Assembly (NCBI GenBank): GCA_029775855.1
Contig: JARVJZ010000002.1
Coordinates: 269,599 to 333,598 of the forward strand
DNA length: 64,000 bases
Reading direction: 5' to 3'
Source: Nitrososphaeria archaeon
Lineage (GTDB): Archaea; Thermoproteota; Nitrososphaeria; Nitrososphaerales; JAAOZN01
The notes beneath the pieces were generated by a model. It did not search any database and was not told the origin of the DNA. It was given only the letters and a program-made list of their open reading frames with translations. Below are positions 35,928-45,311 of the stretch, one piece after another. Position 1 is the stretch's first letter. Every line of letters starts with the position of its first letter. The translations under genes were made by a program, and so were the position numbers.

Positions 35928-36554
35928 TTAATGTGGTGTTATTCCAATTTGGTAGAGCATGTATTCTAACAATGACACTTGTTTTGTTTTGGGCTCTTCG
36001 TAAGCAAGCTCTTCAGCGGTTGGAAAGGTTATTTTAATTAAGAAGGCAGTGTTAGATTCAAGTGTAACGACAGAAAACTTCATAATTTTGTTGACTGGCT
36101 CCCTAGGTATAAAATTCACTAATAATAGTCTGGAGTCATAAACGAATCCAGTCTCATAGTTACATATCTCTACTTTTACTGTCCCAACAACCCGTTCAAG
36201 TATTGTGTGTGTGATTGTGAAGTTTATCTGCAAATTATTGATATATTCTGAGGAGCAGCCTTGCGTATTCACTGCTGAAGGTCTTAGGACAGCCCCCTCA
36301 CTTATCTTCCACATCTCATATTCACTCATTAACTGCCCCACATCTCCGTGTTCATCCACTGCAAGTATCGCTTGTACTGCTCCATTGATGGTTTCCACTG
36401 TTACCGCGTCCCTATACTCATCCGGTAGTGGGACGAACCCCTCAGCCAAAGCCTTCTGAGGTAGCCTAATTTGAGTTAAGGCTGCTAAAAGCAAAAGCAC
36501 AGCAATAAAGCTAGAGATCTTAAGGTACGTCTGTTTGTTCTTTGCTCCCTTCAT
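35928..36554 (-). CDS. Exported hypothetical protein
   Basis: Basic N-terminus, hydrophobic helix, ALA cleavage-like site. Confidence 0.55.
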   Translation of the reverse strand: MKGAKNKQTYLKISSFIAVLLLLAALTQIRLPQKALAEGFVPLPDEYRDAVTVETINGAVQAILAVDEHGDVGQLMSEYEMWKISEGAVLRPSAVNTQGCSSEYINNLQINFTITHTILERVVGTVKVEICNYETGFVYDSRLLLVNFIPREPVNKIMKFSVVTLESNTAFLIKITFPTAEELAYEEPKTKQVSLLEYMLYQIGITPH

Positions 36555-36675
36555 ACCATTTATATTTTTAGACGTCCTCTATATATGTGTTTTAGAAACA
36601 TACAATTTGGAGAAATACGCTTTAAGATGCGGCTAATTTGTGGTAGATAGAAAAATTCTTAAATAATGCTTATCT

Positions 36676-37143
36676 TCACGCTTTTTTCTTGGGCAAAAGT
36701 TTAGGCGTGCAGATAAGGTACGCGTTAGTTCCTTCGAACAACGCTTCAAAGGTGTAGTATGTAGTAATATACGTTACTGCATCCTCAATATTTCGAACTC
36801 TGAACCATTTTACCATAATTTTGTTGTCAAAGAGTAGTATTGTCTGCATCGCCTTATCCATTGGTTTGTTTGGGGAGATCACAAGCCCCTCATATAGCCT
36901 ACTTGCCACACATAGGTTATAGAAGTCGTCGATCTCTTTGTCGGTAAGCGGTTCATCCCTTATTTTCACCGCAAATGGTCCTAACATCGTATTCCCCATG
37001 ATCTCTACAACCTCTTCCCCTAATTTTTGGTTAAACGATAGTTCGCCTTGCAGAGAACTGCCGCTTCTCTCAAAATGGTCTACTACATACCGAGCCAGCA
37101 TCCAATCGCGGCTCTCTTTTCCTAAGGCTATCTTAGGGAACAA
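36676..37143 (-). CDS. Hypothetical protein
   Basis: 155 aa ORF co-oriented with its neighbours; weak restriction-endonuclease-like alpha/beta pattern. Confidence 0.5.
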   Translation of the reverse strand: MFPKIALGKESRDWMLARYVVDHFERSGSSLQGELSFNQKLGEEVVEIMGNTMLGPFAVKIRDEPLTDKEIDDFYNLCVASRLYEGLVISPNKPMDKAMQTILLFDNKIMVKWFRVRNIEDAVTYITTYYTFEALFEGTNAYLICTPKLLPKKKA

Positions 37144-37197
37144 TGATCTTGTGACCCTTTTGATAGTTTTATCTTATAAGCCCTTCGATAAGTTTCC

Positions 37198-37482
37198 TTA
37201 GTCCCACCGTTGACCACAAGGTCCTATTACAGGTAAAGGTTTATCGACTTTTTTGAATGGAGTTTTCTTAACTTTGAGGTGGAAATCATTACCTTCATAT
37301 CTTGATTCAAGGATTTCTTGCCCATTATTCCAGCAGTAGCGGAGAACATTCTCTTTTGAAGTTTTGTCATTGACGATTATCTCTAGAATTTCACCTATTT
37401 GCGCGCTCTCCAACGCCCTTTTTGCCATCAAAATCGGCTTTGGGCAAGGCTGGTTTCTTGCATCGATAACTTTAGCAGACAT
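37198..37482 (-). CDS. TusA/SirA/YedF-family sulfur carrier
   Basis: IDARNQPCPKP, G..LEI..D...NV; extra C-terminal GPCG; start ATG 37482. Confidence 0.88.
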   Translation of the reverse strand: MSAKVIDARNQPCPKPILMAKRALESAQIGEILEIIVNDKTSKENVLRYCWNNGQEILESRYEGNDFHLKVKKTPFKKVDKPLPVIGPCGQRWD

Positions 37483-37533
37483 ACAAGCTAACATCCTTCA
37501 TTCACATATATATGTTTTTCCAGAGGATTTCAA

Positions 37534-37553
37534 TAAATATTATAGAATATTTA
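37534..37553. promoter_or_regulatory. Inverted repeat in the divergent tusA / Mo-hydroxylase promoter
   Basis: TAAATATT-ATAG-AATATTTA; AT-rich context weakens significance. Confidence 0.35.
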
Positions 37554-37618
37554 GAGTTAAATATGATAAAAAATAAATACTTAGCAAGCTTACCTATTGC
37601 CCGAAAAAGTGATGCGTA

Positions 37619-38401
37619 ATGGATTCTGATAACGAAAAAACAAAAAGGATCACGCGTAGAAAGTTTCTAGGCGTTTCAACAGCGGCTGCAGCGGGTGGTG
37701 TTGTCGGCGGAATTATAGTGGGCGCGGTAGGAGGGTACTTAGCGGGGCAAGCAGCAGCACCACCAGCAGCAACAACTACAGTCACTACTACAAAAACAGC
37801 TACACAGACTGTTACGACTACGCAAACTGCAGCCACAGCTACTGTAACTTCGACTGTTACACAGCCAGCTACAACTGTCACACAGCCCGTTACAACTACC
37901 GTCACAACTACTCGGACTGTTGCGCCTGAAGCGGAAGTAGGATATACTTCGCTCATAACCCTAAACGTTAACGGTGTGGACTATGCACTACTTGTCGACA
38001 ACAGATGGAGTCTGGCAGATGTGCTTAGAGAGAAGCTTGGATTAACAGGCACAAAGACTGGCTGCGACCGAGGCGAATGCGGCTCTTGCGCCGTCTTGGT
38101 GGATGGTGTGCCGATGTTGAGCTGCATGCTACTAGCCTGCTCAGTAAGCGGAAGCAAGATTACGACAATCGAAGGGATAGGTACTGTGGGCAACTTAGAT
38201 AAGCTCCAAGCGTCATTCGTAAACAACGAAGGCATTCAATGCGGCATGTGTATACCTGGAATTATCGTGGTCTCAAAGGCTCTGTTGGAGAAGAATCCCA
38301 AGCCTACGGAGGAGGAGGTGAAGGAGGCGTTGAGTGGGAACCTCTGCAAGTGCGGCAACTGGCCGTTTATCGTGAAGTCTGTGTTGGAGGCGGCGAAGTG
38401 A
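37619..38401 (+). CDS. Xanthine-dehydrogenase-family 2x[2Fe-2S] subunit with Tat signal and Thr-rich linker (PaoA/CoxS-like)
   Basis: TRRKFL Tat motif, TM helix, Thr-rich stalk, GCDRGECGSC, QCGMC.PG, NLCKCG. Confidence 0.92.
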   Translation: MDSDNEKTKRITRRKFLGVSTAAAAGGVVGGIIVGAVGGYLAGQAAAPPAATTTVTTTKTATQTVTTTQTAATATVTSTVTQPATTVTQPVTTTVTTTRTVAPEAEVGYTSLITLNVNGVDYALLVDNRWSLADVLREKLGLTGTKTGCDRGECGSCAVLVDGVPMLSCMLLACSVSGSKITTIEGIGTVGNLDKLQASFVNNEGIQCGMCIPGIIVVSKALLEKNPKPTEEEVKEALSGNLCKCGNWPFIVKSVLEAAK

Positions 38402-38402
38402 T

Positions 38403-40649
38403 ATGTCGCAGCAAGAGTTTAGACTAGTAGGAAAATACAATGGGCCACGCATTACAGGAGCGAAGGCAGCAGCTGGTGCAATAAAGTATGGATGGGACTT
38501 TAACCTACCTAACCAGCTCTACATGAGGATTCTGAGAAGTCCGTATGCGCACGCAAAGGTTACTGCTGTTGATGCTAGCGCAGCGCTTGCCATGAAGGGT
38601 GTGCATGGTGTGCTTACACCCTTTGACTTCAAGGACAGCCCTGTGAGGCTTGCCGGCACAACTATGATGATACTCCCCTATGACAAGGTAAGGTATGCTG
38701 GTGAAGAGGTTTGTGCTGTTGTTGCTGATGACCCCTATATCGCTGAGGAAGCGCTATCTAAGATTAAGGTGACATATGAGCCGCTACCATACGTTTTGGA
38801 TGTTGAAGAGGCGATAAAACCTGATGCGCCACAGCTACATGAAGGCGGCAACATCGTCAGAACACCAACCACCGTCACATATAAGGTTGGTGACACTGCG
38901 AAGGGGTTTGCGGAAGCTGAGTTAACGGTTGAGTTTAAGTTAAAGAGTCAGACGATCCAGCACAATAACATAGGCACTTACGCTGCTTTAGTGAGCTGGG
39001 AGAAAGATGGAAGGCTGCACATGTGGACAGACGCTCAATACATGCACGGCCCACGCAATACGTTGGCTACAGTATTAGGTATACCTCAAAGCAGGATTTG
39101 TGTGCACGCTGAATTATGTGGAGGAGGCTTCGGAGATAAATCAGGCGCTCAGAGATGCCACATTCTCGCAGCGATCTTCGCAACAAAGACAGGTAGACCA
39201 GTTAAGTTCAAGTTAACCAGAGAAGATAATCTCCTGCAAGGTCTCCACCGCTGGACCTGCGTCACATACTTTAAGTTCGGTCTTAAGAAGGATGGAACAG
39301 TAACAGCCTTCGAAGCGAAGAACTACTCAAATGCAGGCGCATACTACAGCGTCTGGGGCTCAGGCATGGCTACAGAACAACTATACATCTACAAGTGGCC
39401 AAACTTCCTTGTAGACTGCTATGACGTCTACACAAACACACCCAGAACAGGTCCTCTAAGGTGCGTGGCAGATCCACAGAGCTGCTGGATGATAGAAACC
39501 GCTATGGATAGGCTTGCCTTCCAGCTGAACATGGATCCAATAGCCTTCAGATTGAAGAACAATATGTTCACACAAGGCGACAAGGACCCTGTCACTGGAA
39601 ACAGAATACCATCTATAGGTCAACCGCAGTGCATAAACAGAGCAAAGGAGCTTGCGGAGTGGGATAAGAAGTGGAAGCCTTGGCCCAAAACCAAACCCAC
39701 CTCAGGAGTTGTTCGCGGCATAGGCGTAGCAAACCACTGCTGCGGGCACGGTGCAGGCAGCTTAGCCAACGCAGCCGTCTTAGTGATGAACCCAGACGGC
39801 TCCCTAACAATCTACACAGGCGCCACTGATATAGGTAACGCGAGGAGAGAGCAGCTAGCCATTATCGCAGCTGAGCACCTTGGTCTACCATTTGAGAAGG
39901 TCACTGTAGCAAACTATTCAACAGACACAGGCCCAGACAGCGGAGCAACCGTTGGCAGTAGGCAGACCAAATCTGCTGGGAACGCTGTTGGCGTCGCAGC
40001 GCTTCAAGTGAAAGATCAACTGTTGGCGAGGGCTGCGGATAGGCTGAAGGTGACGAAAGAGGAGCTAAGCGTAGGCGAAGAGAAGATCTTTGTAACTAAA
40101 GACCCATCCAAATCTGTGACTATTCGTGAGTTGGTCGCGTCAGCGCCTTGGATAATCGCAGCTGGGCAGTGGATTCCTCCAGCAAACACTACGCAAAGAA
40201 CATATGGGACACACATCGCTGAAGTTGAGGTGGACTGCGACACAGGACTAGTTAAGGTGCTGAAGGTAGTAGCCGTCCACGATGTAGGTAGGGTAATCTA
40301 CCGCAAGAGCTGCCTAAGCCAAGTCCACGGAGGCATCATACAAGGTATCGGCATGGCCCTACAAGAAGAGCTACTATTCGACCCGCAGACAGGTAGACCC
40401 TATAACGCATCTATGCTAGACCACAAGATGCCACTATCTTCGCAAGCCCCAGAAATCGTAGTAGACTTCGTTGAGACCGTGGAGCAGCCTCCAGACTCAT
40501 ACAACCACGGTGCAAAAGGCTTAGGCGAACCACCAACCTCACCCATCGTACCAGCAATCACAAACGCGATAGCCAACGCCATAGGCGTATACTTCGACAC
40601 ACTACCAGTAACACCAGACAAGATCCTCAAGGCATTAGGGAAGGTGTAG
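38403..40649 (+). CDS. Xanthine-dehydrogenase-family molybdopterin subunit (PaoC/CoxL-like)
   Basis: RSPYAHA, GGGFGDK, TVGSR, SQVHGG..QG.G, KGLGEPP. Confidence 0.95.
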   Translation: MSQQEFRLVGKYNGPRITGAKAAAGAIKYGWDFNLPNQLYMRILRSPYAHAKVTAVDASAALAMKGVHGVLTPFDFKDSPVRLAGTTMMILPYDKVRYAGEEVCAVVADDPYIAEEALSKIKVTYEPLPYVLDVEEAIKPDAPQLHEGGNIVRTPTTVTYKVGDTAKGFAEAELTVEFKLKSQTIQHNNIGTYAALVSWEKDGRLHMWTDAQYMHGPRNTLATVLGIPQSRICVHAELCGGGFGDKSGAQRCHILAAIFATKTGRPVKFKLTREDNLLQGLHRWTCVTYFKFGLKKDGTVTAFEAKNYSNAGAYYSVWGSGMATEQLYIYKWPNFLVDCYDVYTNTPRTGPLRCVADPQSCWMIETAMDRLAFQLNMDPIAFRLKNNMFTQGDKDPVTGNRIPSIGQPQCINRAKELAEWDKKWKPWPKTKPTSGVVRGIGVANHCCGHGAGSLANAAVLVMNPDGSLTIYTGATDIGNARREQLAIIAAEHLGLPFEKVTVANYSTDTGPDSGATVGSRQTKSAGNAVGVAALQVKDQLLARAADRLKVTKEELSVGEEKIFVTKDPSKSVTIRELVASAPWIIAAGQWIPPANTTQRTYGTHIAEVEVDCDTGLVKVLKVVAVHDVGRVIYRKSCLSQVHGGIIQGIGMALQEELLFDPQTGRPYNASMLDHKMPLSSQAPEIVVDFVETVEQPPDSYNHGAKGLGEPPTSPIVPAITNAIANAIGVYFDTLPVTPDKILKALGKV

Positions 40650-40653
40650 AAAG

Positions 40654-41616
40654 ATGCAGCCAATCAAATATTACGAGCCTAAAACATTGGACGACGCAGT
40701 CAAGATACTAACAACCATACCTGACGCAGCAATAATCGCAGGAGGCACAGAGCTCCTACACGTAATAAGACAAAACTGCCTACCAACATTCCAGCCAACA
40801 GCACTCATCAACATAAAGAAGATCCCAGGCTTAAGCTACATCAAAGAAGAAGGCGGAACACTAAAGATCGGCCCAGCAACCACACTAGTAGACATCGCGA
40901 ACAACGAAACCGTCAAAACAAAGTATAGAGCACTAGCTATGGCAGCAGCGCACGTAGCATCACCACTCATAAGGAACATGGGAACCATAGCGGGCAACAT
41001 CTGCCAAGATGTGTGGTGCTGGTACTACAGAGCCTCAGACAACCAATTCAACTGCATCAGAAAAGGCGGAGCAATATGCTACGCCATAGGCGGAGACAAC
41101 AGATACTACCACAGCATCTTCGGCGGACCAAGAGGCTGCTACGCAGTCTGCCCCTCAGACACAGCACCAGCACTCGTAGCCCTAAACGCCACAATAGTAA
41201 CAACTAAACGAAACATACCTGCAGAAAACTTCTTCACAGAACTACAGCCAGGAAACGTTCTAGAGAAGGGTGAAATAGTAAAGGAGATTCAGATACCAAC
41301 CCCACCGGCAACATCAAAATCAGCCTTCATGAAGGCAGCCATAAGACCAAGCATCGACTTCGCCTTAGCAAGCGCAGCAGTCTGGTACAACATCTCAGGA
41401 GGAAACGTAACTGAGTCAAGAATAGTTCTAGGCGGAGTCTACTTAACACCTAAACGCGCTAAAGCAGCAGAAGACTTCCTAAAGGGTAAAGCGATAACGG
41501 GAGAGACAGCGGCGGCAGCAGGCAAACAAGCAGTAATAGACGCCATCCCTATGGTGGGCAACGCCTACAAGAAATCCGTCGCAGCAGCGATGGTGACAAA
41601 AGCCCTATTAGCGTAA
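40654..41616 (+). CDS. Xanthine-dehydrogenase-family FAD subunit with [4Fe-4S] insertion (PaoB/HcrB-like)
   Basis: AGGTEL, IRNMGT.AGN, Cys-rich insert CWYYR...C..KGG..C...C.AV.PSD. Confidence 0.93.
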   Translation: MQPIKYYEPKTLDDAVKILTTIPDAAIIAGGTELLHVIRQNCLPTFQPTALINIKKIPGLSYIKEEGGTLKIGPATTLVDIANNETVKTKYRALAMAAAHVASPLIRNMGTIAGNICQDVWCWYYRASDNQFNCIRKGGAICYAIGGDNRYYHSIFGGPRGCYAVCPSDTAPALVALNATIVTTKRNIPAENFFTELQPGNVLEKGEIVKEIQIPTPPATSKSAFMKAAIRPSIDFALASAAVWYNISGGNVTESRIVLGGVYLTPKRAKAAEDFLKGKAITGETAAAAGKQAVIDAIPMVGNAYKKSVAAAMVTKALLA

Positions 41617-41632
41617 AAGAGGCGCATAAAAT

Positions 41633-41658
41633 GAGCAGTAAAATTGTTTTTACTGCTC
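41633..41658 (+). terminator. Hairpin followed by a T-rich tract between the Mo-hydroxylase and hydrogenase genes
   Basis: GAGCAGTAAAA-TTGT-TTTTACTGCTC, perfect 11-bp stem. Confidence 0.55.
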
Positions 41659-41707
41659 CTCACCCTTTATTTTATTAAATTTTAGTTGGTATTTGTGGTG
41701 AAATATT

Positions 41708-42202
41708 TTGGTTGAAAAAATTAAACTAGCAATAGAAGACTGCGCTCTATGCGGTGGCTGTGAAATCGCCTTAGCAGACTTAGGCACAGCCCTACTCGAC
41801 CTCTTCGACAAACATATAGACCTCGTCTACGCACCAATATTAGCAAGCACAACAGATTATGACAAAGCAGACATCACATTAGTAATAGGCGCCATCAGAA
41901 GCGACCACGACTTAGAGCGAGTTAAAGCTGCGCGCGAAAAATCCAAGATAATAGTATCATTCGGAACCTGCCCAAGCTCAGCGGGCTTAGTAGGCTTAGC
42001 AAACCTCTTTGACAAAGATGAAATGCTGAAAAGAGCCTATGGCACAGAAGACCCCTCAAAACATAAAGAAACACCTAAACTCTTAGATGAAGTAAAACCC
42101 TTATCAAAATACATACACGTCGACTACATCATACCAGGCTGCCCGCCACCGCAGCCAGTCATCAAACAGATGTTGAAGAGTGTGTTGAAGGGTGTGTTAT
42201 GA
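41708..42202 (+). CDS. [NiFe]-hydrogenase small subunit, proximal-cluster domain only
   Basis: CGGCEI, GAIR, FGTC...G..GLAN, VDY.IPGCPP; ends at 164 aa; no Tat signal. Confidence 0.9.
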   Translation: MVEKIKLAIEDCALCGGCEIALADLGTALLDLFDKHIDLVYAPILASTTDYDKADITLVIGAIRSDHDLERVKAAREKSKIIVSFGTCPSSAGLVGLANLFDKDEMLKRAYGTEDPSKHKETPKLLDEVKPLSKYIHVDYIIPGCPPPQPVIKQMLKSVLKGVL

Positions 42203-43611
42203 TGAAGCAGATTGAAATAGAACCAGTAACAAGAATAGAAGGACACCTTAAAGTAATGATCCAACTCGACGATAAAGGCAATGTAGCTAAAACACAAGCT
42301 TGCTTCGCTGAATTTAGAGGCTTCGAAAAATTCGCAGAAAACAGACTAGTCACAAGGCTACCCATAATAACCACAAGGATATGTGGAGTATGCCCAGTCC
42401 CTCATCACCTAGCAAGTGTGAAAGCCATAGAAGATGGGCTTAACCTAACACCAACCGAAACTGCAGAAAAGCTCAGAGAACTTATGCTGATGGGCGAAAT
42501 ACTGGGCGACCACACACTACACCTCTTTATATTAGCAGGCCCTGACTACCTTCTCACAGACCTACCCTTAAAGCAGCGAGACATTATAGCGATCTACAAA
42601 AAGTATCCAGCTGTAGCAAAAGAAGTGGTTAAAGTAAGAGAGGTCGGTCAAAAGATAATCGAAACCATAGGTGTTCAAGCAGTCCACCCAATGACAGCAG
42701 TGCCAGGAGGCATCACCAAGCAGCTTACAGAAGATAAAAGAGCTGAGTTGCTAAACGAAGTAATCGAGGCGAAGAAGATGGTTATCGGCTGGTGGGATGC
42801 AGTGATTGCCCCTACAATCCTCAAATACATAGAAGAAAACAAAGAGCTTGGGAAAGTAGACTCAAACTATATGGCTATGAGCTACAATGATGCTCTAAAC
42901 TACTATAGAGGCGACATTAGCATCATAGATAGAAACGGTGAGTTAAAAGCAGCATTCAAACCCCTCAACTACACCAGCTACATAATAGAAGCCCCCATCC
43001 CATACTCTTATGGGAAGAGCATCACAGTAAAAGGCGAAGAACCCACCAAAGGGCTGATTCGAACAGGCGCATTAGCAAGAATCAACGTAGCCAAGAAAGC
43101 TGGAACAGATGTAGCAGACCGTCTACTGAAAGACCTTAGAAGCAAGTTTGGCTCACCTATACATGGCACACTACAGTATAACCTCGCAAGATACGTATGT
43201 CTGGTTTACTCTGCGGAGCGCTTAGAGCAGCTCCTATCAGATCCAACAATCTCCAGAGGTGACACCTTGGCTGAGTATAAGATGAAGGCTGGGGAAGGTG
43301 CTGGCTCAGTTGAAGCAAGTAGAGGAACACTCATCCACCACTACAAGTGGGATGACAACGGCTATGTAACATACGCAAATATAATCACACCTACCGTAGT
43401 AAATGCGAACGGCTTCGAAGCATCAGCCTTAAACGCCGCTTCAAGAAACATTAAGCAAGGCATCGTAGATGAAGAAAAGCTCTGGCATGAAGTTGGAACA
43501 ATTATAAGAGCCTACGACCCATGCATCTCTTGCTCAACCCACATAGAGAAGAATCTTATAATCGAAGTTTTGTCCCAAGACGGTGAAACCTTAAAAGTTA
43601 TCAAGAGGTGA
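42199..43611 (+). CDS. [NiFe]-hydrogenase large subunit, group 3c/3d-like (MvhA/HoxH-like)
   Basis: PVTRIEGH, RGFEKF, L1 TRICGVCPVPH, RGTLIHHY, L2 YDPCISCSTH plus cleavable tail. Confidence 0.95.
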   Translation: MMKQIEIEPVTRIEGHLKVMIQLDDKGNVAKTQACFAEFRGFEKFAENRLVTRLPIITTRICGVCPVPHHLASVKAIEDGLNLTPTETAEKLRELMLMGEILGDHTLHLFILAGPDYLLTDLPLKQRDIIAIYKKYPAVAKEVVKVREVGQKIIETIGVQAVHPMTAVPGGITKQLTEDKRAELLNEVIEAKKMVIGWWDAVIAPTILKYIEENKELGKVDSNYMAMSYNDALNYYRGDISIIDRNGELKAAFKPLNYTSYIIEAPIPYSYGKSITVKGEEPTKGLIRTGALARINVAKKAGTDVADRLLKDLRSKFGSPIHGTLQYNLARYVCLVYSAERLEQLLSDPTISRGDTLAEYKMKAGEGAGSVEASRGTLIHHYKWDDNGYVTYANIITPTVVNANGFEASALNAASRNIKQGIVDEEKLWHEVGTIIRAYDPCISCSTHIEKNLIIEVLSQDGETLKVIKR

Positions 43612-44441
43612 AATATGAGTTGAAGATAAGTAGAAGAAGCTTCATAGGCACAGCAGCAGGATTAGGAGGAATCACACTAGCAGCCACAACCATAACGCCA
43701 ACACCAGCTCTAGCGGTCAAACCTAAGAATGCAATGCTAATCGACGTATCCAAATGTATAGGATGCATGCGATGTGTAGCTGCTTGCGCAGAGTATCATA
43801 AGAAGTATTATGGGCAGGAAACAGACGGCACCGTATTCACAACCGTCCCTCTAGCTACCATGCAATATGGCAAAAGGCCAACTCCACAAAACTGCATGCA
43901 CTGTATAGACGCACCTTGTGCTACAGTCTGCCAAAGTAGAGCGCTAGAGCAACTCGAATCTGGTGCAGTAATTTATCATGAAGATAGGTGCATAGGATGC
44001 TTCCTCTGCACAACCGTATGCCCGTTCGAATCTATAACCACCGATCTTGAAAATAAGAAGATATTTAAATGTGATTTATGCAGCAAGATAACTGAAAACG
44101 GCGGCGCCCCTAGCTGCGTTACCATATGCCCCACACAGTCAAAGAGCTGGGGACCTTACGAAGAAAAGGTAAAGGAAGGTCAAGAAACCGCGGAGAGAAA
44201 CAAAGGTAAGCTCCTTTACGCCAATGATGCTACCGTCATCTACGTTCTATCAGAGTATGAATATGAGCAGCTTAGAAATGCGCCTGAAGTGACGGTCATA
44301 AAACCAGAGTATCCATCAGAATACAAGTCGTATTCACTTCTAGTGAAATGGTCTAGAGTCCTGTGGATACCCTTCTTAGCTGGAGCAGTATTCTACGGTT
44401 TGGCTTGGCGTGGAGGGAAGACTGTAAAGAAGGTGGAGTAA
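43608..44441 (+). CDS. Tat-exported 4x[4Fe-4S] protein with C-terminal TM anchor (HybA/FdnH-like)
   Basis: SRRSFI Tat motif, CIGCMRC..AC, CMHC..APC..VC, CIGC..C..VCP, KCDLC...P.CV..CP, C-terminal TM. Confidence 0.9.
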   Translation: MKYELKISRRSFIGTAAGLGGITLAATTITPTPALAVKPKNAMLIDVSKCIGCMRCVAACAEYHKKYYGQETDGTVFTTVPLATMQYGKRPTPQNCMHCIDAPCATVCQSRALEQLESGAVIYHEDRCIGCFLCTTVCPFESITTDLENKKIFKCDLCSKITENGGAPSCVTICPTQSKSWGPYEEKVKEGQETAERNKGKLLYANDATVIYVLSEYEYEQLRNAPEVTVIKPEYPSEYKSYSLLVKWSRVLWIPFLAGAVFYGLAWRGGKTVKKVE

Positions 44442-44442
44442 T

Positions 44443-45309
44443 ATGGCGAAGAGTAAAGAATCAGTATACCGGCTCTCCTCGCTAAAAATGGAGAAGCCTG
44501 GACTACTTGCTCTCCTATTTAAAAGAAGCCCAAGACGTAGCATCACGAGTTTCATCTTTCATCTTGGTGTATGGTGCAACATAATCACAGGGCTAATTAT
44601 GGAAGTCGCCTTCCTAACTACAGACGTATCTACTGCATTTAGCGGCTGGGGTTGGCTCTTATCGTGGGCGCATGGAATAACAGGCTTCCTCATAATAATA
44701 GGAGGCATAGGCATAATCGCTCAATACATCAGAAAACCAGCGTTTAGACTCGCATATGGCAAAGTCTTCTTCCTAGACCTTGCCTTCTTAGCAGCATTCG
44801 CCATAGTCGGGTTAATCCAATTCTTCCCAATCTTCGGCTTCCTCTCCATCAAAAGCTTCACACCAACATCCATCAAATGGCTAGGCACACTACACATGAT
44901 CATAATCTACGTCTGGATTGTAGCCTCACTAATAGCAGGAGGTGCTATAAGGCACGCCGTCGCAACAATAGCATGGAGGGTCATCAACCCAGCTTCAAAG
45001 CCAACAGGTCTCATGGTGTTTGCAGATGCTTGCGGCAAATGCGGGCGCTGCATAGAAGTCTGCCCAACATACAAAGCATTCAATAACAACCCTATAGAAG
45101 CGCCGATAATAAAGCTGAAGACATACTATCAGATGCATAGATCAAAGAAGTTCACACCAGCCGAAATACGCCTACTATCAGAGCAGTTAGCAACATGCAC
45201 GCAATGCAACTTATGCGCTGGCGTATGTCCATTCTCATTCAACTATGCTGCATTATACCAAGAAATGCTCAGGGAAGCCCAGCGGCTAGCTGTAGTGAAG
45301 ACCATCTAA
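44443..45309 (+). CDS. NarI/HdrE-like putative cytochrome b fused to a C-terminal 2x[4Fe-4S] domain
   Basis: About 4 TMs with His (FIFH, WAHG, TLHM, IRHA), then CGKCGRC..VCP and CTQCNLC..VCP. Confidence 0.75.
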   Translation: MAKSKESVYRLSSLKMEKPGLLALLFKRSPRRSITSFIFHLGVWCNIITGLIMEVAFLTTDVSTAFSGWGWLLSWAHGITGFLIIIGGIGIIAQYIRKPAFRLAYGKVFFLDLAFLAAFAIVGLIQFFPIFGFLSIKSFTPTSIKWLGTLHMIIIYVWIVASLIAGGAIRHAVATIAWRVINPASKPTGLMVFADACGKCGRCIEVCPTYKAFNNNPIEAPIIKLKTYYQMHRSKKFTPAEIRLLSEQLATCTQCNLCAGVCPFSFNYAALYQEMLREAQRLAVVKTI

Positions 45310-45311
45310 TC

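Noticed and set aside
37750-37920. Low-complexity ACN repeats and antisense Val-rich ORF 37594-37956 (likewise 18780-19061)
   Set aside because: Thr-rich linkers of the sense proteins; the antisense ORFs are shadows.
45195-45311. N-terminal extensions of the HycI ORF (and similarly nop10 57633, glnA 21709)
   Set aside because: Overlap upstream genes or promoters; downstream starts fit the family lengths.
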